A DNA stretch of 64,000 nucleotides from Escherichia coli (GCF_048403405.1 NZ_CP183129.1); one strand, 5' to 3'; counted from the stretch's first letter, positions 25,020 through 37,724 are shown. Made by a program: numbers and translations. The notes: a model not told the origin generated them from the letters alone.

Positions 25020-26127
25020 AACCGATGTTCCGGGATTATCTCCGTATTTTGACAAAAGAAATAACAAAGTTTACTGGCGTTACAGGCATCCCATAACAGG
25101 CAAAAATCACGGTCTCGGCAGTATTGACCAGAAACTGGCAGAAACTATTGCAGCAGAAGCGAACAGCCGTCTTGCCCGGCAGCAAATGGAACAAATGCTC
25201 AGTCTGCAGGAGAAAATTATTAGTGATACCGGCGGTTCATCAACCGTTACCATTTTTCTGAATAATTACAGAAAAATTCAACAGGAAAGATATGAAAACG
25301 GCGAGATCAAACTCAACACGCTGAAACAGAAAGCGGCCCCTCTCAGGGTATTTGATGAACGTTTTGGCACCAGACCGTTAGATGCCATAACCGTAAAAGA
25401 TGTGGTATCAGTACTGGAAGAGTACAAGGCCAGAGGACATAACAGAATGGGACAAATTTTCAGGAAAGTACTGATCGATGTTTTCCGGGAAGCTCAGCAA
25501 ACGGGCGATGTCCCGCCAGGCTTTAACCCTGCAGAATCGGCAAAAAAACCGCAGGTGCGGATATCAAGACAGCGACTGACTTTTGATGAGTGGATGATGA
25601 TTTATAACGCAGCGGAAAAGAATGGTTACTTTTTACAGCGCGGTATGCTGCTGGCACTGATGACAGGCCAGCGCCTTTCAGATATTTGCAAAATGCAATT
25701 TTCGGATATCCGGGATGGTTATCTTCATGTCGAACAGCAAAAAACAGGAACCCGGATTGCCATCCCTCTGGCTCTGCGTTGCGATAAATTAAATCTCACC
25801 CTGGATGATGTAGTGTCATCCTGCCGCGATTGCGTTCTTAGTCCGTGGCTATTGCACCACCATCACGCGAAAGGGACAGCTAAGCGCGGCGGGATGGTTA
25901 AGCCAGCAACATTAACCGTTGCATTTAAAAAAGCCCGGGATTCTGTGGATTACAACTGGCGTGCTAATGGCACCCCACCCTCTTTCCATGAGCAGAGATC
26001 TTTATCAGAGCGATTGTTCAGAGAGCAGGGGGTTGATACCAAAATTTTGCTAGGCCATTCGAATCAAAAAATGACCGATATTTACAACGATGTACGCGGT
26101 AAGGAGTGGAAAAAACTGGTCATTTGA
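24997..26127 (+). CDS. phage integrase (tyrosine recombinase)
   Basis: 376 aa; C-terminal catalytic region ...LLGHSNQKMTDIYNDVRG; ends 45 bp from the ompW stop. Confidence 0.9.
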   Translation: MARPRKYKTDVPGLSPYFDKRNNKVYWRYRHPITGKNHGLGSIDQKLAETIAAEANSRLARQQMEQMLSLQEKIISDTGGSSTVTIFLNNYRKIQQERYENGEIKLNTLKQKAAPLRVFDERFGTRPLDAITVKDVVSVLEEYKARGHNRMGQIFRKVLIDVFREAQQTGDVPPGFNPAESAKKPQVRISRQRLTFDEWMMIYNAAEKNGYFLQRGMLLALMTGQRLSDICKMQFSDIRDGYLHVEQQKTGTRIAIPLALRCDKLNLTLDDVVSSCRDCVLSPWLLHHHHAKGTAKRGGMVKPATLTVAFKKARDSVDYNWRANGTPPSFHEQRSLSERLFREQGVDTKILLGHSNQKMTDIYNDVRGKEWKKLVI

Positions 26128-26133
26128 TGACCA

Positions 26134-26169
26134 GTTTTGCAGAAGAGTTTTGCAGAGGTTTTGCAGAGA
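26134..26169. repeat. three tandem ~12-bp repeats (GTTTTGCAGAG) at the prophage-chromosome junction
   Basis: gttttgcagaag / agttttgcagag / gttttgcagaga between int stop and ompW stop. Confidence 0.6.
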
Positions 26170-26172
26170 AAA

Positions 26173-26826
26173 TTAAAAACGATATCCTGCCGAGAACATA
26201 AACACCCACGGGTCAAGGCGTACATTGTCGCTATAACTGCCTTTAGCCAGTTTACGACCATCAGATTTATACTTCGCGGTGGTATCGATATCCATGTACC
26301 AGACTGACATGTTAACCAACCAGTCACGGTTAATCAGATAATCAACCCCCACCTGCCCGGCAGCTCCCCAGGAATCTTTCAGACTGAGATCGGAAAGCCC
26401 CGCCTCTTTGCCATGATCGTTAAATCCATTATCAAAGAAGGTGGTGTAGTTAATACCTGCCCCAACGTAAGGACGGAATTTGCTGCTGGCATCACCAAAA
26501 TACCACTGCGCCATCAGTGTTGGCGGCAGATGATGAACGGTTGCAATATCGCCGGTCGCCCGGGTGCCGATTTTATGGCGGAACGGCGTCGCTGCCAGCA
26601 ATTCCACACCAATGTTATCGGTCGCCATATAAGTAAACGTCAGGCCCAGTTGCGTGTTATTGGTCACGCTGAATCCACCCAGACTTCCTAACGTACCACC
26701 AGCACCTTCTGTTGGACGTACGGTTGCAGACCCTGCACGCATAAAAAATTCGCCTGCTTCATGCGCATAGGCACTGCCAGAGAGAAGAGTTGTTACTGCC
26801 AAAGCCGCCACTGTTAACTTTTTCAT
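26173..26826 (-). CDS. ompW: outer membrane protein OmpW (variant C-terminal loop)
   Basis: Signal peptide MKKLTVAALAVTTLLSGSAYA and body match OmpW; residues ~183-200 differ from the K-12 sequence as recalled. Confidence 0.9.
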   Translation of the reverse strand: MKKLTVAALAVTTLLSGSAYAHEAGEFFMRAGSATVRPTEGAGGTLGSLGGFSVTNNTQLGLTFTYMATDNIGVELLAATPFRHKIGTRATGDIATVHHLPPTLMAQWYFGDASSKFRPYVGAGINYTTFFDNGFNDHGKEAGLSDLSLKDSWGAAGQVGVDYLINRDWLVNMSVWYMDIDTTAKYKSDGRKLAKGSYSDNVRLDPWVFMFSAGYRF

Positions 26827-27182
26827 ATCCGCTCCGTCGTTATGGTTATAAAAACGTGACGAATATACCTACATTGGAGTAACAAATGATCCTACATAGG
26901 TCACATTACATATGATAATTCACCATTTATTGATCTGGATTAATTTAGAAGTTGCATTGAGAATCCTGGTTAATGTGATTTAAATCAATTTTTAAATATT
27001 TTCGCTACGCAAATATTAACTCGACCGCCACTTGCCGCGATTTGCCCACGTCTGAAGGCCAGCAATTACCTCCGCTTTACAAAGATATGCTTTTCCATAC
27101 AAGACCTGATGCTGCCACCCGAGGCTTAACCAGGGTACAATTGCCCGCTAATTAACACCTGCATAAAACTCAAGGAGAGTGC

Positions 27183-27926
27183 ATGTCTATCACGGCGCAG
27201 TCCGTATACCGTGACACCGGAAATTTCTTCCGTAATCAATTTATGACCATTCTGTTGGTATCGTTGCTATGTGCGTTTATCACAGTGGTGTTAGGGCATG
27301 TTTTCTCACCCAGTGATGCACAGCTTGCGCAGCTCAATGACGGCGTGCCCGTTAGCGGCAGTAGTGGGTTGTTCGACCTGGTTCAGAATATGTCACCGGA
27401 ACAGCAACAAATTTTGCTGCAGGCTTCAGCGGCGTCCACTTTTTCAGGATTAATCGGTAACGCCATTCTCGCCGGAGGCGTAATATTAATTATCCAGCTG
27501 GTGTCTGCGGGTCAGAGAGTCAGTGCGCTGCGAGCTATTGGTGCCAGTGCGCCGATATTGCCAAAGTTATTTATTCTGATTTTTCTGACTACCCTTTTAG
27601 TACAGATTGGCATCATGCTGGTGGTCGTTCCGGGAATTATCATGGCCATTTTACTGGCCCTGGCACCGGTGATGTTGGTACAGGACAAAATGGGCGTTTT
27701 TGCCTCGATGCGTAGCAGTATGCGGCTGACTTGGGCGAATATGCGTCTGGTGGCACCCGCAGTACTGAGCTGGTTGCTGGCAAAAACACTGTTGCTGCTT
27801 TTTGCCTCTTCTTTTGCCGCATTAACCCCGGAAATTGGTGCCGTACTGGCGAACACCTTGAGCAACCTGATTTCAGCCGTACTGCTCATCTATCTGTTCC
27901 GCCTGTATATGTTGATTCGCCAATAA
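27183..27926 (+). CDS. yciC: inner membrane protein YciC (UPF0259)
   Basis: 247-aa multi-TM protein; K-12 synteny. Confidence 0.9.
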   Translation: MSITAQSVYRDTGNFFRNQFMTILLVSLLCAFITVVLGHVFSPSDAQLAQLNDGVPVSGSSGLFDLVQNMSPEQQQILLQASAASTFSGLIGNAILAGGVILIIQLVSAGQRVSALRAIGASAPILPKLFILIFLTTLLVQIGIMLVVVPGIIMAILLALAPVMLVQDKMGVFASMRSSMRLTWANMRLVAPAVLSWLLAKTLLLLFASSFAALTPEIGAVLANTLSNLISAVLLIYLFRLYMLIRQ

Positions 27927-27955
27927 CCTTAAGCATTTGATTACGGAATCGTAAA

Positions 27956-28495
27956 ATGAAGCAGTTTCTTGATTTTTTACCGCTGGTTGTCTTTTTCGCG
28001 TTTTACAAGATTTATGACATCTATGCGGCTACTGCGGCGCTGATCGTCGCCACGGCGATTGTGCTTATATATAGCTGGGTTCGCTTTCGTAAGGTTGAGA
28101 AGATGGCCCTGATCACTTTTGTTCTGGTGGTCGTCTTCGGTGGCTTGACCCTGTTCTTCCACAATGATGAGTTTATTAAATGGAAGGTTACTGTCATTTA
28201 TGCCCTGTTTGCGGGTGCCCTGTTAGTCAGCCAATGGGTGATGAAAAAGCCGCTAATTCAGCGGATGCTGGGTAAAGAACTCACGCTGCCGCAACCGGTA
28301 TGGTCGAAGCTGAATCTGGCCTGGGCTGTTTTCTTTATCCTTTGCGGTCTTGCAAACATCTACATCGCATTCTGGCTGCCGCAAAATATTTGGGTCAACT
28401 TTAAAGTCTTTGGCCTGACCGCCCTTACCTTAATCTTCACATTGTTAAGCGGTATCTATATCTACCGCCACATGCCGCAGGAAGATAAATCCTAA
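27956..28495 (+). CDS. yciB: intracellular septation protein YciB
   Basis: 179-aa membrane protein; K-12 synteny. Confidence 0.9.
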   Translation: MKQFLDFLPLVVFFAFYKIYDIYAATAALIVATAIVLIYSWVRFRKVEKMALITFVLVVVFGGLTLFFHNDEFIKWKVTVIYALFAGALLVSQWVMKKPLIQRMLGKELTLPQPVWSKLNLAWAVFFILCGLANIYIAFWLPQNIWVNFKVFGLTALTLIFTLLSGIYIYRHMPQEDKS

Positions 28496-28599
28496 CCAGA
28501 CTGCCAGTCCTTCGGGGCTGGCGCTGTATCTCCTCTGTTCTCCTCAGGAAAATCATAGTAGCATCGCGCCTGTGATTTTCCTTTTAAGTCGGTTTTACC

Positions 28600-28998
28600 A
28601 TGTCTACAACACATAACGTCCCTCAGGGCGATCTTGTTTTACGTACTTTAGCCATGCCCGCCGATACCAATGCCAATGGTGACATCTTTGGTGGTTGGTT
28701 AATGTCACAAATGGATATTGGCGGCGCTATTCTGGCGAAAGAAATTGCCCACGGTCGCGTAGTGACTGTGCGGGTTGAAGGAATGACTTTCTTACGGCCG
28801 GTTGCGGTCGGCGATGTGGTGTGCTGCTATGCACGCTGTGTCCAGAAAGGGACGACATCGGTCAGCATTAATATTGAAGTGTGGGTGAAAAAAGTAGCGT
28901 CTGAACCCATCGGGCAACGCTATAAAGCGACAGAAGCATTATTTAAGTATGTCGCGGTTGATCCTGAAGGAAAACCTCGCGCCTTACCTGTTGAGTAA
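28600..28998 (+). CDS. yciA: acyl-CoA thioesterase YciA
   Basis: 132 aa hotdog-fold thioesterase; K-12 synteny. Confidence 0.9.
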   Translation: MSTTHNVPQGDLVLRTLAMPADTNANGDIFGGWLMSQMDIGGAILAKEIAHGRVVTVRVEGMTFLRPVAVGDVVCCYARCVQKGTTSVSINIEVWVKKVASEPIGQRYKATEALFKYVAVDPEGKPRALPVE

Positions 28999-29037
28999 TA
29001 ATCAAAAGCCTCCGGTCGGAGGCTTTTGACTTTCTGC

Positions 29038-29757
29038 TTACTGAATTTCGGTGGTGCCGTTAATTTTAAACAGGATATTCACCACAATCCCACTGCCTGG
29101 CTTACCCGGCTCATAACGCCATCTGCGCATCGCATTTTTCACCTCACGCTCAAACATATTCGCAGGCTTGGCTGAGAGGATTTGTACGTTATCCACGCGA
29201 CCATCCGGCGTGACGTCAAATTTAACTTTAACCTGCCCTTCAATGCGCAATGCCTGTGCTCGTGCCGGATACTGCGGCTGATTACGGCTTAATGCGCGTG
29301 GTCCTGAAGCCACACTGGTAACCGGCTTGCTGGTTGCAGCCGTCGCCGTACTTGATGTCGGGCGTGCCGGTGCCGTATTTTCAAACGGTGATGCCGGACG
29401 CGACTCTACGGGTTTGACATCGCGTTTTGGCTGTTCCTGTACCTTTTTCACCGGCTTCGGTTTTGGCTTAGGTTTCGGCTTCGGCTTTTCAATGACCACC
29501 GGTGCTTCTTTTGGCGGTTCGGGGATCGGCTCAGGTTCCGGTTCTGGCTCTACCACCGGCTCCGGTGGCGGCTGAACGGCTTGTGGCGGTTCGAGATCCG
29601 CAGGCGCAACCATCGTGACAGAAATTGGCTGCGCAGGCGCAGGTAGTTCAATAACCTGATGTACCGAGGTATAGAGCAGACCCGCCACAACAGCACCATG
29701 AATGCAGACCGAAAGTAACGTCGGCCAGGGGAAGCGGCGAGGTAAATCAAGGGTCAT
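29038..29757 (-). CDS. tonB: TonB energy transducer
   Basis: Start at MTLDLPRR; Pro-Glu and Pro-Lys repeats ([16 protein letters not shown]). Confidence 0.95.
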   Translation of the reverse strand: MTLDLPRRFPWPTLLSVCIHGAVVAGLLYTSVHQVIELPAPAQPISVTMVAPADLEPPQAVQPPPEPVVEPEPEPEPIPEPPKEAPVVIEKPKPKPKPKPKPVKKVQEQPKRDVKPVESRPASPFENTAPARPTSSTATAATSKPVTSVASGPRALSRNQPQYPARAQALRIEGQVKVKFDVTPDGRVDNVQILSAKPANMFEREVKNAMRRWRYEPGKPGSGIVVNILFKINGTTEIQ

Positions 29758-29980
29758 TGAAGTCATAATCATTTCAGTAGAAAAACCAGGCCTCGATTTT
29801 AAATGCAAATAGCAATCATATTCAATAAGGCAAGACGATCAGGATCAGTGAAAATGTCATTTTTGGCGTAATTGACCTTACTTTATGCATGGTCTTAACA
29901 AAGACATCATCTTTCCGTTGCAGATCTTCGCCCTTTCAAATAACGTACTTTACAACTTTCCCGAACAAGGAGTTGTGCCC

Positions 29981-30277
29981 GTGTTGTATGTTATTTACGC
30001 TCAAGACAAAGCTGATAGCCTCGAAAAACGCCTTTCCGTTCGTCCGGCACATTTAGCACGTTTACAGTTACTGCATGATGAAGGTCGTTTGTTGACAGCT
30101 GGTCCAATGCCAGCGGTAGACAGTAACGATCCAGGGGCTGCGGGATTTACTGGCTCAACCGTTATTGCTGAATTTGAATCGCTGGAAGCAGCTCAGGCCT
30201 GGGCCGATGCTGACCCGTACGTAGCGGCAGGAGTCTATGAACACGTTTCAGTGAAACCATTTAAGAAAGTGTTCTGA
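29981..30277 (+). CDS. yciI: YciI-like protein
   Basis: GTG start at 29981 with AAGGAG Shine-Dalgarno; 98 aa. Confidence 0.85.
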
Positions 30278-30577
30278 ATAGAGATTCAATATTTAAGGGC
30301 ACGGTTTTTGCAACCGTGTTCTTGTTTGGCCTTTCCTTATAGGTCGGTCAGTGCATTCCCCCCCACAAGCAGATAATAACTTTATCTGTATTTCTTTATA
30401 TGATGTGAGCATATTCAGGAAAAATGCCCTTTCCTGACGCAGAGTTGCTCACTCAAAACCTTTGATTACTGCGGATAAAGTCATCTACTATTGTTTAACA
30501 CATTCACGCGCTGCATGTATGTTCAGAAAATGTGCACGCTAAGATAATTAAACAAAATTGTGGTTACAGAGGTATCA

Positions 30578-31831
30578 GTGAGTCACTGGGCTACATTCAA
30601 ACAAACAGCAACTAATTTATGGGTGACCCTACGGCACGACATTCTCGCGCTGGCCGTCTTTTTAAATGGATTGCTTATTTTTAAAACAATCTATGGTATG
30701 TCGGTCAATTTGCTAGATATTTTCCATATCAAAGCATTTTCAGAGTTGGATCTCTCATTGCTGGCAAACGCCCCACTCTTTATGCTCGGCGTCTTTCTTG
30801 TCCTGAACTCCATTGGCTTACTGTTCCGGGCAAAGCTCGCATGGGCAATCAGTATCATTTTGTTGTTGATAGCGCTAATTTACACCCTGCATTTTTATCC
30901 CTGGCTGAAATTTAGTATTGGATTTTGCATTTTTACGCTGGTGTTTTTGCTGATACTGCGCAAAGACTTCTCCCACAGTAGCGCCGCAGCCGGGACAATT
31001 TTCGCATTTATTAGTTTCACGACGTTACTGTTTTACTCCACCTACGGTGCGCTTTATTTAAGCGAAGGTTTTAATCCGCGAATAGAAAGTTTGATGACCG
31101 CGTTCTATTTTTCGATAGAAACCATGTCAACCGTCGGCTATGGCGATATTGTCCCTGTTTCTGAATCAGCACGATTGTTCACTATTTCGGTCATTATTTC
31201 CGGCATTACCGTTTTTGCCACCTCCATGACTTCAATTTTTGGTCCGCTTATCCGCGGGGGATTCAACAAACTTGTAAAAGGAAACAATCATACAATGCAT
31301 CGTAAAGATCATTTTATTGTTTGCGGACATTCGATTCTCGCCATCAATACGATTCTGCAACTGAATCAACGCGGACAAAACGTAACGGTTATCAGCAATT
31401 TGCCTGAAGATGATATCAAGCAACTTGAGCAACGCTTAGGTGATAACGCTGATGTTATCCCCGGTGACAGTAATGACAGTTCAGTATTAAAGAAAGCAGG
31501 AATCGATCGATGCCGGGCCATTCTGGCGCTGAGTGATAACGATGCAGATAACGCGTTTGTTGTACTCTCGGCAAAAGATATGAGCAGTGATGTCAAAACA
31601 GTTCTCGCCGTCAGTGATAGCAAAAACCTGAATAAGATTAAGATGGTACATCCGGATATCATTCTCTCACCGCAACTGTTTGGCAGCGAAATTCTGGCGC
31701 GAGTTTTAAATGGTGAAGAGATTAATAATGATATGCTCGTTTCAATGTTGTTGAACTCCGGTCATGGTATTTTCAGCGATAACGATGAACAAAAAACGAA
31801 AGCTGACAATAAAGAATTGGCGCAAAAATAG
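30578..31831 (+). CDS. kch: voltage-gated potassium channel Kch
   Basis: Selectivity filter TVGYGD; C-terminal RCK/TrkA domain; start at MSHWATFK (GTG). Confidence 0.9.
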   Translation: MSHWATFKQTATNLWVTLRHDILALAVFLNGLLIFKTIYGMSVNLLDIFHIKAFSELDLSLLANAPLFMLGVFLVLNSIGLLFRAKLAWAISIILLLIALIYTLHFYPWLKFSIGFCIFTLVFLLILRKDFSHSSAAAGTIFAFISFTTLLFYSTYGALYLSEGFNPRIESLMTAFYFSIETMSTVGYGDIVPVSESARLFTISVIISGITVFATSMTSIFGPLIRGGFNKLVKGNNHTMHRKDHFIVCGHSILAINTILQLNQRGQNVTVISNLPEDDIKQLEQRLGDNADVIPGDSNDSSVLKKAGIDRCRAILALSDNDADNAFVVLSAKDMSSDVKTVLAVSDSKNLNKIKMVHPDIILSPQLFGSEILARVLNGEEINNDMLVSMLLNSGHGIFSDNDEQKTKADNKELAQK

Positions 31832-31885
31832 ACTTTAAAGACGGAAGAGTAAACTTATTGGGCACCGCAATGGTGCCCAGTACAT

Positions 31886-32059
31886 TTAGATATTGTAGAT
31901 CGCAAACAATAACGAGTTACGCTGTTTGTTTAGAATGCACTTCCTGATGCTGTGGATACGCATATTTCGGCGCGACTGCCCCTCAAGCCAACGCGATTTA
32001 CGTCGGCTAGCCTGACGCTGCATGCGCCAGCGCCCCACTTCCGTTCTACTCCGCTTCAT
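31886..32059 (-). CDS. yciY: small protein YciY
   Basis: 57-aa Arg-rich ORF between kch and clsA. Confidence 0.5.
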   Translation of the reverse strand: MKRSRTEVGRWRMQRQASRRKSRWLEGQSRRNMRIHSIRKCILNKQRNSLLFAIYNI

Positions 32060-32201
32060 GTTAACTACTCTATGCAATAACAGAATGGTCATTATACCCC
32101 CGCCCCCGACGCTGACCAGTGCTTTTCCCGCGTTTTTATTTGCCAGATGAATCCATATGCGTAAACTCATAACAATGCGCTTTCAAAAGGATTTCTAATC
32201 T

Positions 32202-34026
<1,825 letters not shown>

Positions 34027-34077
34027 ATAATCGCTTTCGGCGTAATAAATATCCTCCGGCATAGCCGGAGGTTTTTC

Positions 34078-34762
34078 AAATGCGCCTATAAGGCTCTCTT
34101 ACCAGCCGCGCCCTAACAGGCGCACACGATCTGACATTTGCATCCAACTTCGTTACTTACGGCCCGTAAACGGGCTGCCCGGATAGGGAATCGATAACTG
34201 CTCTCCCATTTTATCCTCTTCAAGCTGGTGCTTTATGTAATCCTGTATCTTCGCCGTGTTCTTACCCACCGTATCGACGTAGTACCCTCTGCACCAGAAC
34301 TCCCTGTTCCTGTATTTGAATTTCAAATCACCAAACTGCTCGTAAAGCATCAGACTGCTTTTCCCTTTCAGATATCCCATAAAGCCGGATACGCTCATTT
34401 TGGGCGGGATCTCCACAAGCATATGGATATGATCTGCACAGCATTCAGCTTCCAGAATCCGTACACTTTTCCACTCACACAGCTTTCTCAAAATACTGCC
34501 TATTGCTCTACGCTTCTCTCTGTAGAACACCTGTCTTCGGTATTTTGGCGCAAAAACTATGTGATATTTACAGTTCCATCGGGTGTGCGCTAAGCTCTTT
34601 TCGTTCCCCATTGGGACCCCCTTTTGATTTCTTGTTTGACACTTGCAGTTGCCAGACCGCAAGGTGTTTTAACAAATCAAAAGGGGTTTTAATAACTGGC
34701 TTAAAGCTGAAAGCTTTCCGGAACCCCCAGCCTAGCTGGGGGTTTTCTGTGCACAAAAAAGG
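34078..34762 (-). mobile_element. IS200-like insertion sequence (IS200/IS605 family), boundaries approximate
   Basis: Single Y1 transposase ORF; hairpin ccccagc-cta-gctgggg near the tnpA-upstream end; occupies a short intergenic in K-12. Confidence 0.65.
34153..34611 (-). CDS. tnpA: IS200-type TnpA (HUH/Y1 transposase)
   Basis: 152 aa from MGNEKSLAHTRW; HxH motif (ADHIHMLVEIPP) and conserved Tyr region. Confidence 0.85.
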   Translation of the reverse strand: MGNEKSLAHTRWNCKYHIVFAPKYRRQVFYREKRRAIGSILRKLCEWKSVRILEAECCADHIHMLVEIPPKMSVSGFMGYLKGKSSLMLYEQFGDLKFKYRNREFWCRGYYVDTVGKNTAKIQDYIKHQLEEDKMGEQLSIPYPGSPFTGRK

Positions 34763-34789
34763 GCTGACAACTGTCAGCCCTTATTTTGT

Positions 34790-35794
34790 TTAAAGCGGAT
34801 CGACTTTCAGGCAAGAAACGGCGTGTCTGAAACTCCCCTCCAGCACAGGACGTGTTTTGGCACACTCCGGACCGGCAATCGGACAACGGGTACGGAAAAC
34901 ACAACCGGAAGGCGGGTTGATCGGCGACGGTAATTCCCCTTCCAGTAACTGGATGGTTTTGTTCTTCTCCAGATCCGGATCAGGTATGGGAACTGCCGAC
35001 ATCAATGCCCGGGTGTAAGGATGTAGTGGATTGTGGTAGACCTCATCATAGGTCCCCAGTTCTACCGCATGGCCGAGATACATCACCAGCACACGATCGG
35101 AAATGTGTTTTACCACGGCCAGGTCGTGAGCGATAAAAATTAATGACAATCCCATCTCGCGTTGCAGCTGCTGGAGCAAGTTGACCACCTGCGCCTGAAT
35201 TGACACGTCCAGCGCCGACACCGGCTCATCACAGATAATCAGCTTCGGTTCAAGAATAAGAGCACGAGCAATCCCGATACGCTGGCACTGCCCACCAGAG
35301 AACTCATGCGGATAGCGGTTAATCAGGTTAGGCAATAACCCGACTTTCAGCATCATCGCCTTCACGCGCTCGCGAACTTCCTGGCGTGACATTTTCGGAT
35401 GATAAGTACGCAGTGGTTCAGCGATGATCTCGCCGATGGTCATACGCGGGTTAAGCGATGCCAACGGATCCTGGAAAATCATCTGAATATCACTGCGAAC
35501 GGCACGCCATTCATCGGGCTTCATGCCCAGCAACTCTTTACCTAACCAGGCAACATGACCGTCGGTCGCCTTGACCAAACCGATGATGGCGCGAGCAAAG
35601 GTGGACTTACCGCATCCCGATTCCCCTACCACACCTAATGTTTCCCCTTCATACAGACGAAGAGTGACACCATCGACGGCTTTGAGCGTTTTCGGCGGTT
35701 GCCAGAACCACTGTTTGCCATCTTTGATTTCAAAGTGCACTTTCAGATCGGCGATTTCAAGGAGGACTTTTCTTCCTTCAGTTACAGCATTCAT
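34790..35794 (-). CDS. oppF: oligopeptide ABC transporter ATPase OppF
   Basis: Walker A GESGCGKST, ABC signature LSGGQ. Confidence 0.95.
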   Translation of the reverse strand: MNAVTEGRKVLLEIADLKVHFEIKDGKQWFWQPPKTLKAVDGVTLRLYEGETLGVVGESGCGKSTFARAIIGLVKATDGHVAWLGKELLGMKPDEWRAVRSDIQMIFQDPLASLNPRMTIGEIIAEPLRTYHPKMSRQEVRERVKAMMLKVGLLPNLINRYPHEFSGGQCQRIGIARALILEPKLIICDEPVSALDVSIQAQVVNLLQQLQREMGLSLIFIAHDLAVVKHISDRVLVMYLGHAVELGTYDEVYHNPLHPYTRALMSAVPIPDPDLEKNKTIQLLEGELPSPINPPSGCVFRTRCPIAGPECAKTRPVLEGSFRHAVSCLKVDPL

Positions 35795-36804
35795 AACAGT
35801 TCCTCCACCGGTTTAAAGCAAGCACGCAGACGGCCAGGCGTAAACTCTTCCAGCGGCGGTGCGCTACTACAAATTTCCATCGCATGTGGACAACGTGGCT
35901 GGAACGGGCAACCTTTCGGTAATCGCAGCAAGTTTGGCGGATTACCCGGGATGGTCAACATTGTTTCACCTTCCGCATCAAGACGCGGCACCGCGTTGAG
36001 CAAACCGATAGAATAAGGATGAACGGGTTGATAAAAGACATCGCGCGCATTGCCATATTCCATCGTGCGCCCGGCGTACATTACCAGCACTTTGTCGCAG
36101 ATCCCTGCCACCACGCCAAGATCGTGGGTGATCATAATGATGGCGGTATTAAATTCCCGCTTCAGTTCATTTAATAGCGTCATGATCTGTGCCTGTACGG
36201 TGACGTCCAGCGCAGTAGTGGGTTCATCCGCAATCAGCAGCTTAGGTCGACATAGCAATGCCATCGCAATCATGACTCGCTGACGCATGCCGCCAGAAAA
36301 TTCGTGCGGGTACATTTTCATGCGTTTACGCGCTTCCGGCATTTTTACCGCATCGAGCATCCGCACCGACTCTTCAAACGCCTCAGCTTTGCTCATGTTC
36401 TTATGCAGCATCAGCACTTCCATCAACTGCTCACCGACACGCATATAGGGATTCAACGAAGTCATTGGGTCCTGAAAAATCATTGAGATTTGTTCAGCGC
36501 GCAGTTTATTGAGTTCACGCTCTGGCAAATTGAGGATTTCACGCCCATTGAAGGTTGCCGATCCGCCAATACGTCCGTTGGCAGCCAACAGGCCCATCAA
36601 CGCAAATGCAGTTTGCGATTTACCCGAACCAGACTCACCTACAATGCCCAGCGTTTCTCCGGCACGTAGGGAAAAATTCAAATCATTGACCGCCGTGACG
36701 TCGCCGTCCGGGGTACTAAAGGTGACACGCAAATCTTTCACGTTCAGCAGTGCGTCAGCCTGTTGTTGTGCGAGCGGCACAGTTGCAGTTTCAATTACGC
36801 TCAT
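35791..36804 (-). CDS. oppD: oligopeptide ABC transporter ATPase OppD
   Basis: Walker A GESGSGKSQ; ABC signature. Confidence 0.95.
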   Translation of the reverse strand: MSVIETATVPLAQQQADALLNVKDLRVTFSTPDGDVTAVNDLNFSLRAGETLGIVGESGSGKSQTAFALMGLLAANGRIGGSATFNGREILNLPERELNKLRAEQISMIFQDPMTSLNPYMRVGEQLMEVLMLHKNMSKAEAFEESVRMLDAVKMPEARKRMKMYPHEFSGGMRQRVMIAMALLCRPKLLIADEPTTALDVTVQAQIMTLLNELKREFNTAIIMITHDLGVVAGICDKVLVMYAGRTMEYGNARDVFYQPVHPYSIGLLNAVPRLDAEGETMLTIPGNPPNLLRLPKGCPFQPRCPHAMEICSSAPPLEEFTPGRLRACFKPVEELL

Positions 36805-36815
36805 GGCTGCACTCC

Positions 36816-37724
36816 TTAACGATCTTTCGGGTCGAGGGCATCACGCAAGCCATCGCCGATAAAGTTGAAACAAAACAGCGTCACCACGAGGAATCCCGCT
36901 GGGAACAACAGTAACCATGGAGAGACTTCCATCGAGTTCGCGCCATCACTCAGCAATGCACCCCAGCTGCTTAACGGCTCTTGCGTACCCAACCCCAGGA
37001 AGCTAAGGAAAGATTCAAAGAGGATCATGCTGGGCACCAGAAGTGATGCGTAGACCACCACCACACCGAGTACATTCGGCACAATGTGGCGAATAACAAT
37101 GCCCGACGTCGATACACCGCCAACTTGTGCCGCCTCAATAAACTCCTTGCGCTTCAGACTCAGGGTTTGCCCACGCACAATACGAGCCATATCCAGCCAG
37201 GAAACCATGCCTATCGCCACGAAAATCAGCAGGATGTTTTGACCGAAAAAGGTCACCAGCAAAATGACGAAGAACATGAATGGGAAGGAGTTGAGGATTT
37301 CCAGCAGACGCATCATTACCGAATCCACTTTACCGCCCAGATAACCGGAAAGCGAACCATAAAGTGTCCCGACGACCACAGCCACCAGTGCCGCAGCAAC
37401 ACCGACCATGAGTGAGATACGCCCGCCAATCGCAACGCGTACAAGCAGGTCGCGACCGGATGAGTCAGTACCAAAGTAGTGACCGGACTCCATATCCGGG
37501 GCGCTGGACATCATCGCCCAGTCAGTATCGTCATAGGCAAACTGCGAAAGCATCGGTGCCAGGATTACAAATAACGCGATCAGCACCAGCACTATCAGAC
37601 TGGCAACCGCCGCACGGTTATGCATAAAACGTCGACGTGCGTCCTGCCACAAGCTGCGCCCTTCGACCTCCAGCTTTTCACTGAAATTTTCCAGCGTCTC
37701 GCTGTTTTTCTTACTTAACATCAT
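36816..37724 (-). CDS. oppC: oligopeptide ABC transporter permease OppC
   Basis: 302-aa multi-TM permease; synteny. Confidence 0.95.
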   Translation of the reverse strand: MMLSKKNSETLENFSEKLEVEGRSLWQDARRRFMHNRAAVASLIVLVLIALFVILAPMLSQFAYDDTDWAMMSSAPDMESGHYFGTDSSGRDLLVRVAIGGRISLMVGVAAALVAVVVGTLYGSLSGYLGGKVDSVMMRLLEILNSFPFMFFVILLVTFFGQNILLIFVAIGMVSWLDMARIVRGQTLSLKRKEFIEAAQVGGVSTSGIVIRHIVPNVLGVVVVYASLLVPSMILFESFLSFLGLGTQEPLSSWGALLSDGANSMEVSPWLLLFPAGFLVVTLFCFNFIGDGLRDALDPKDR

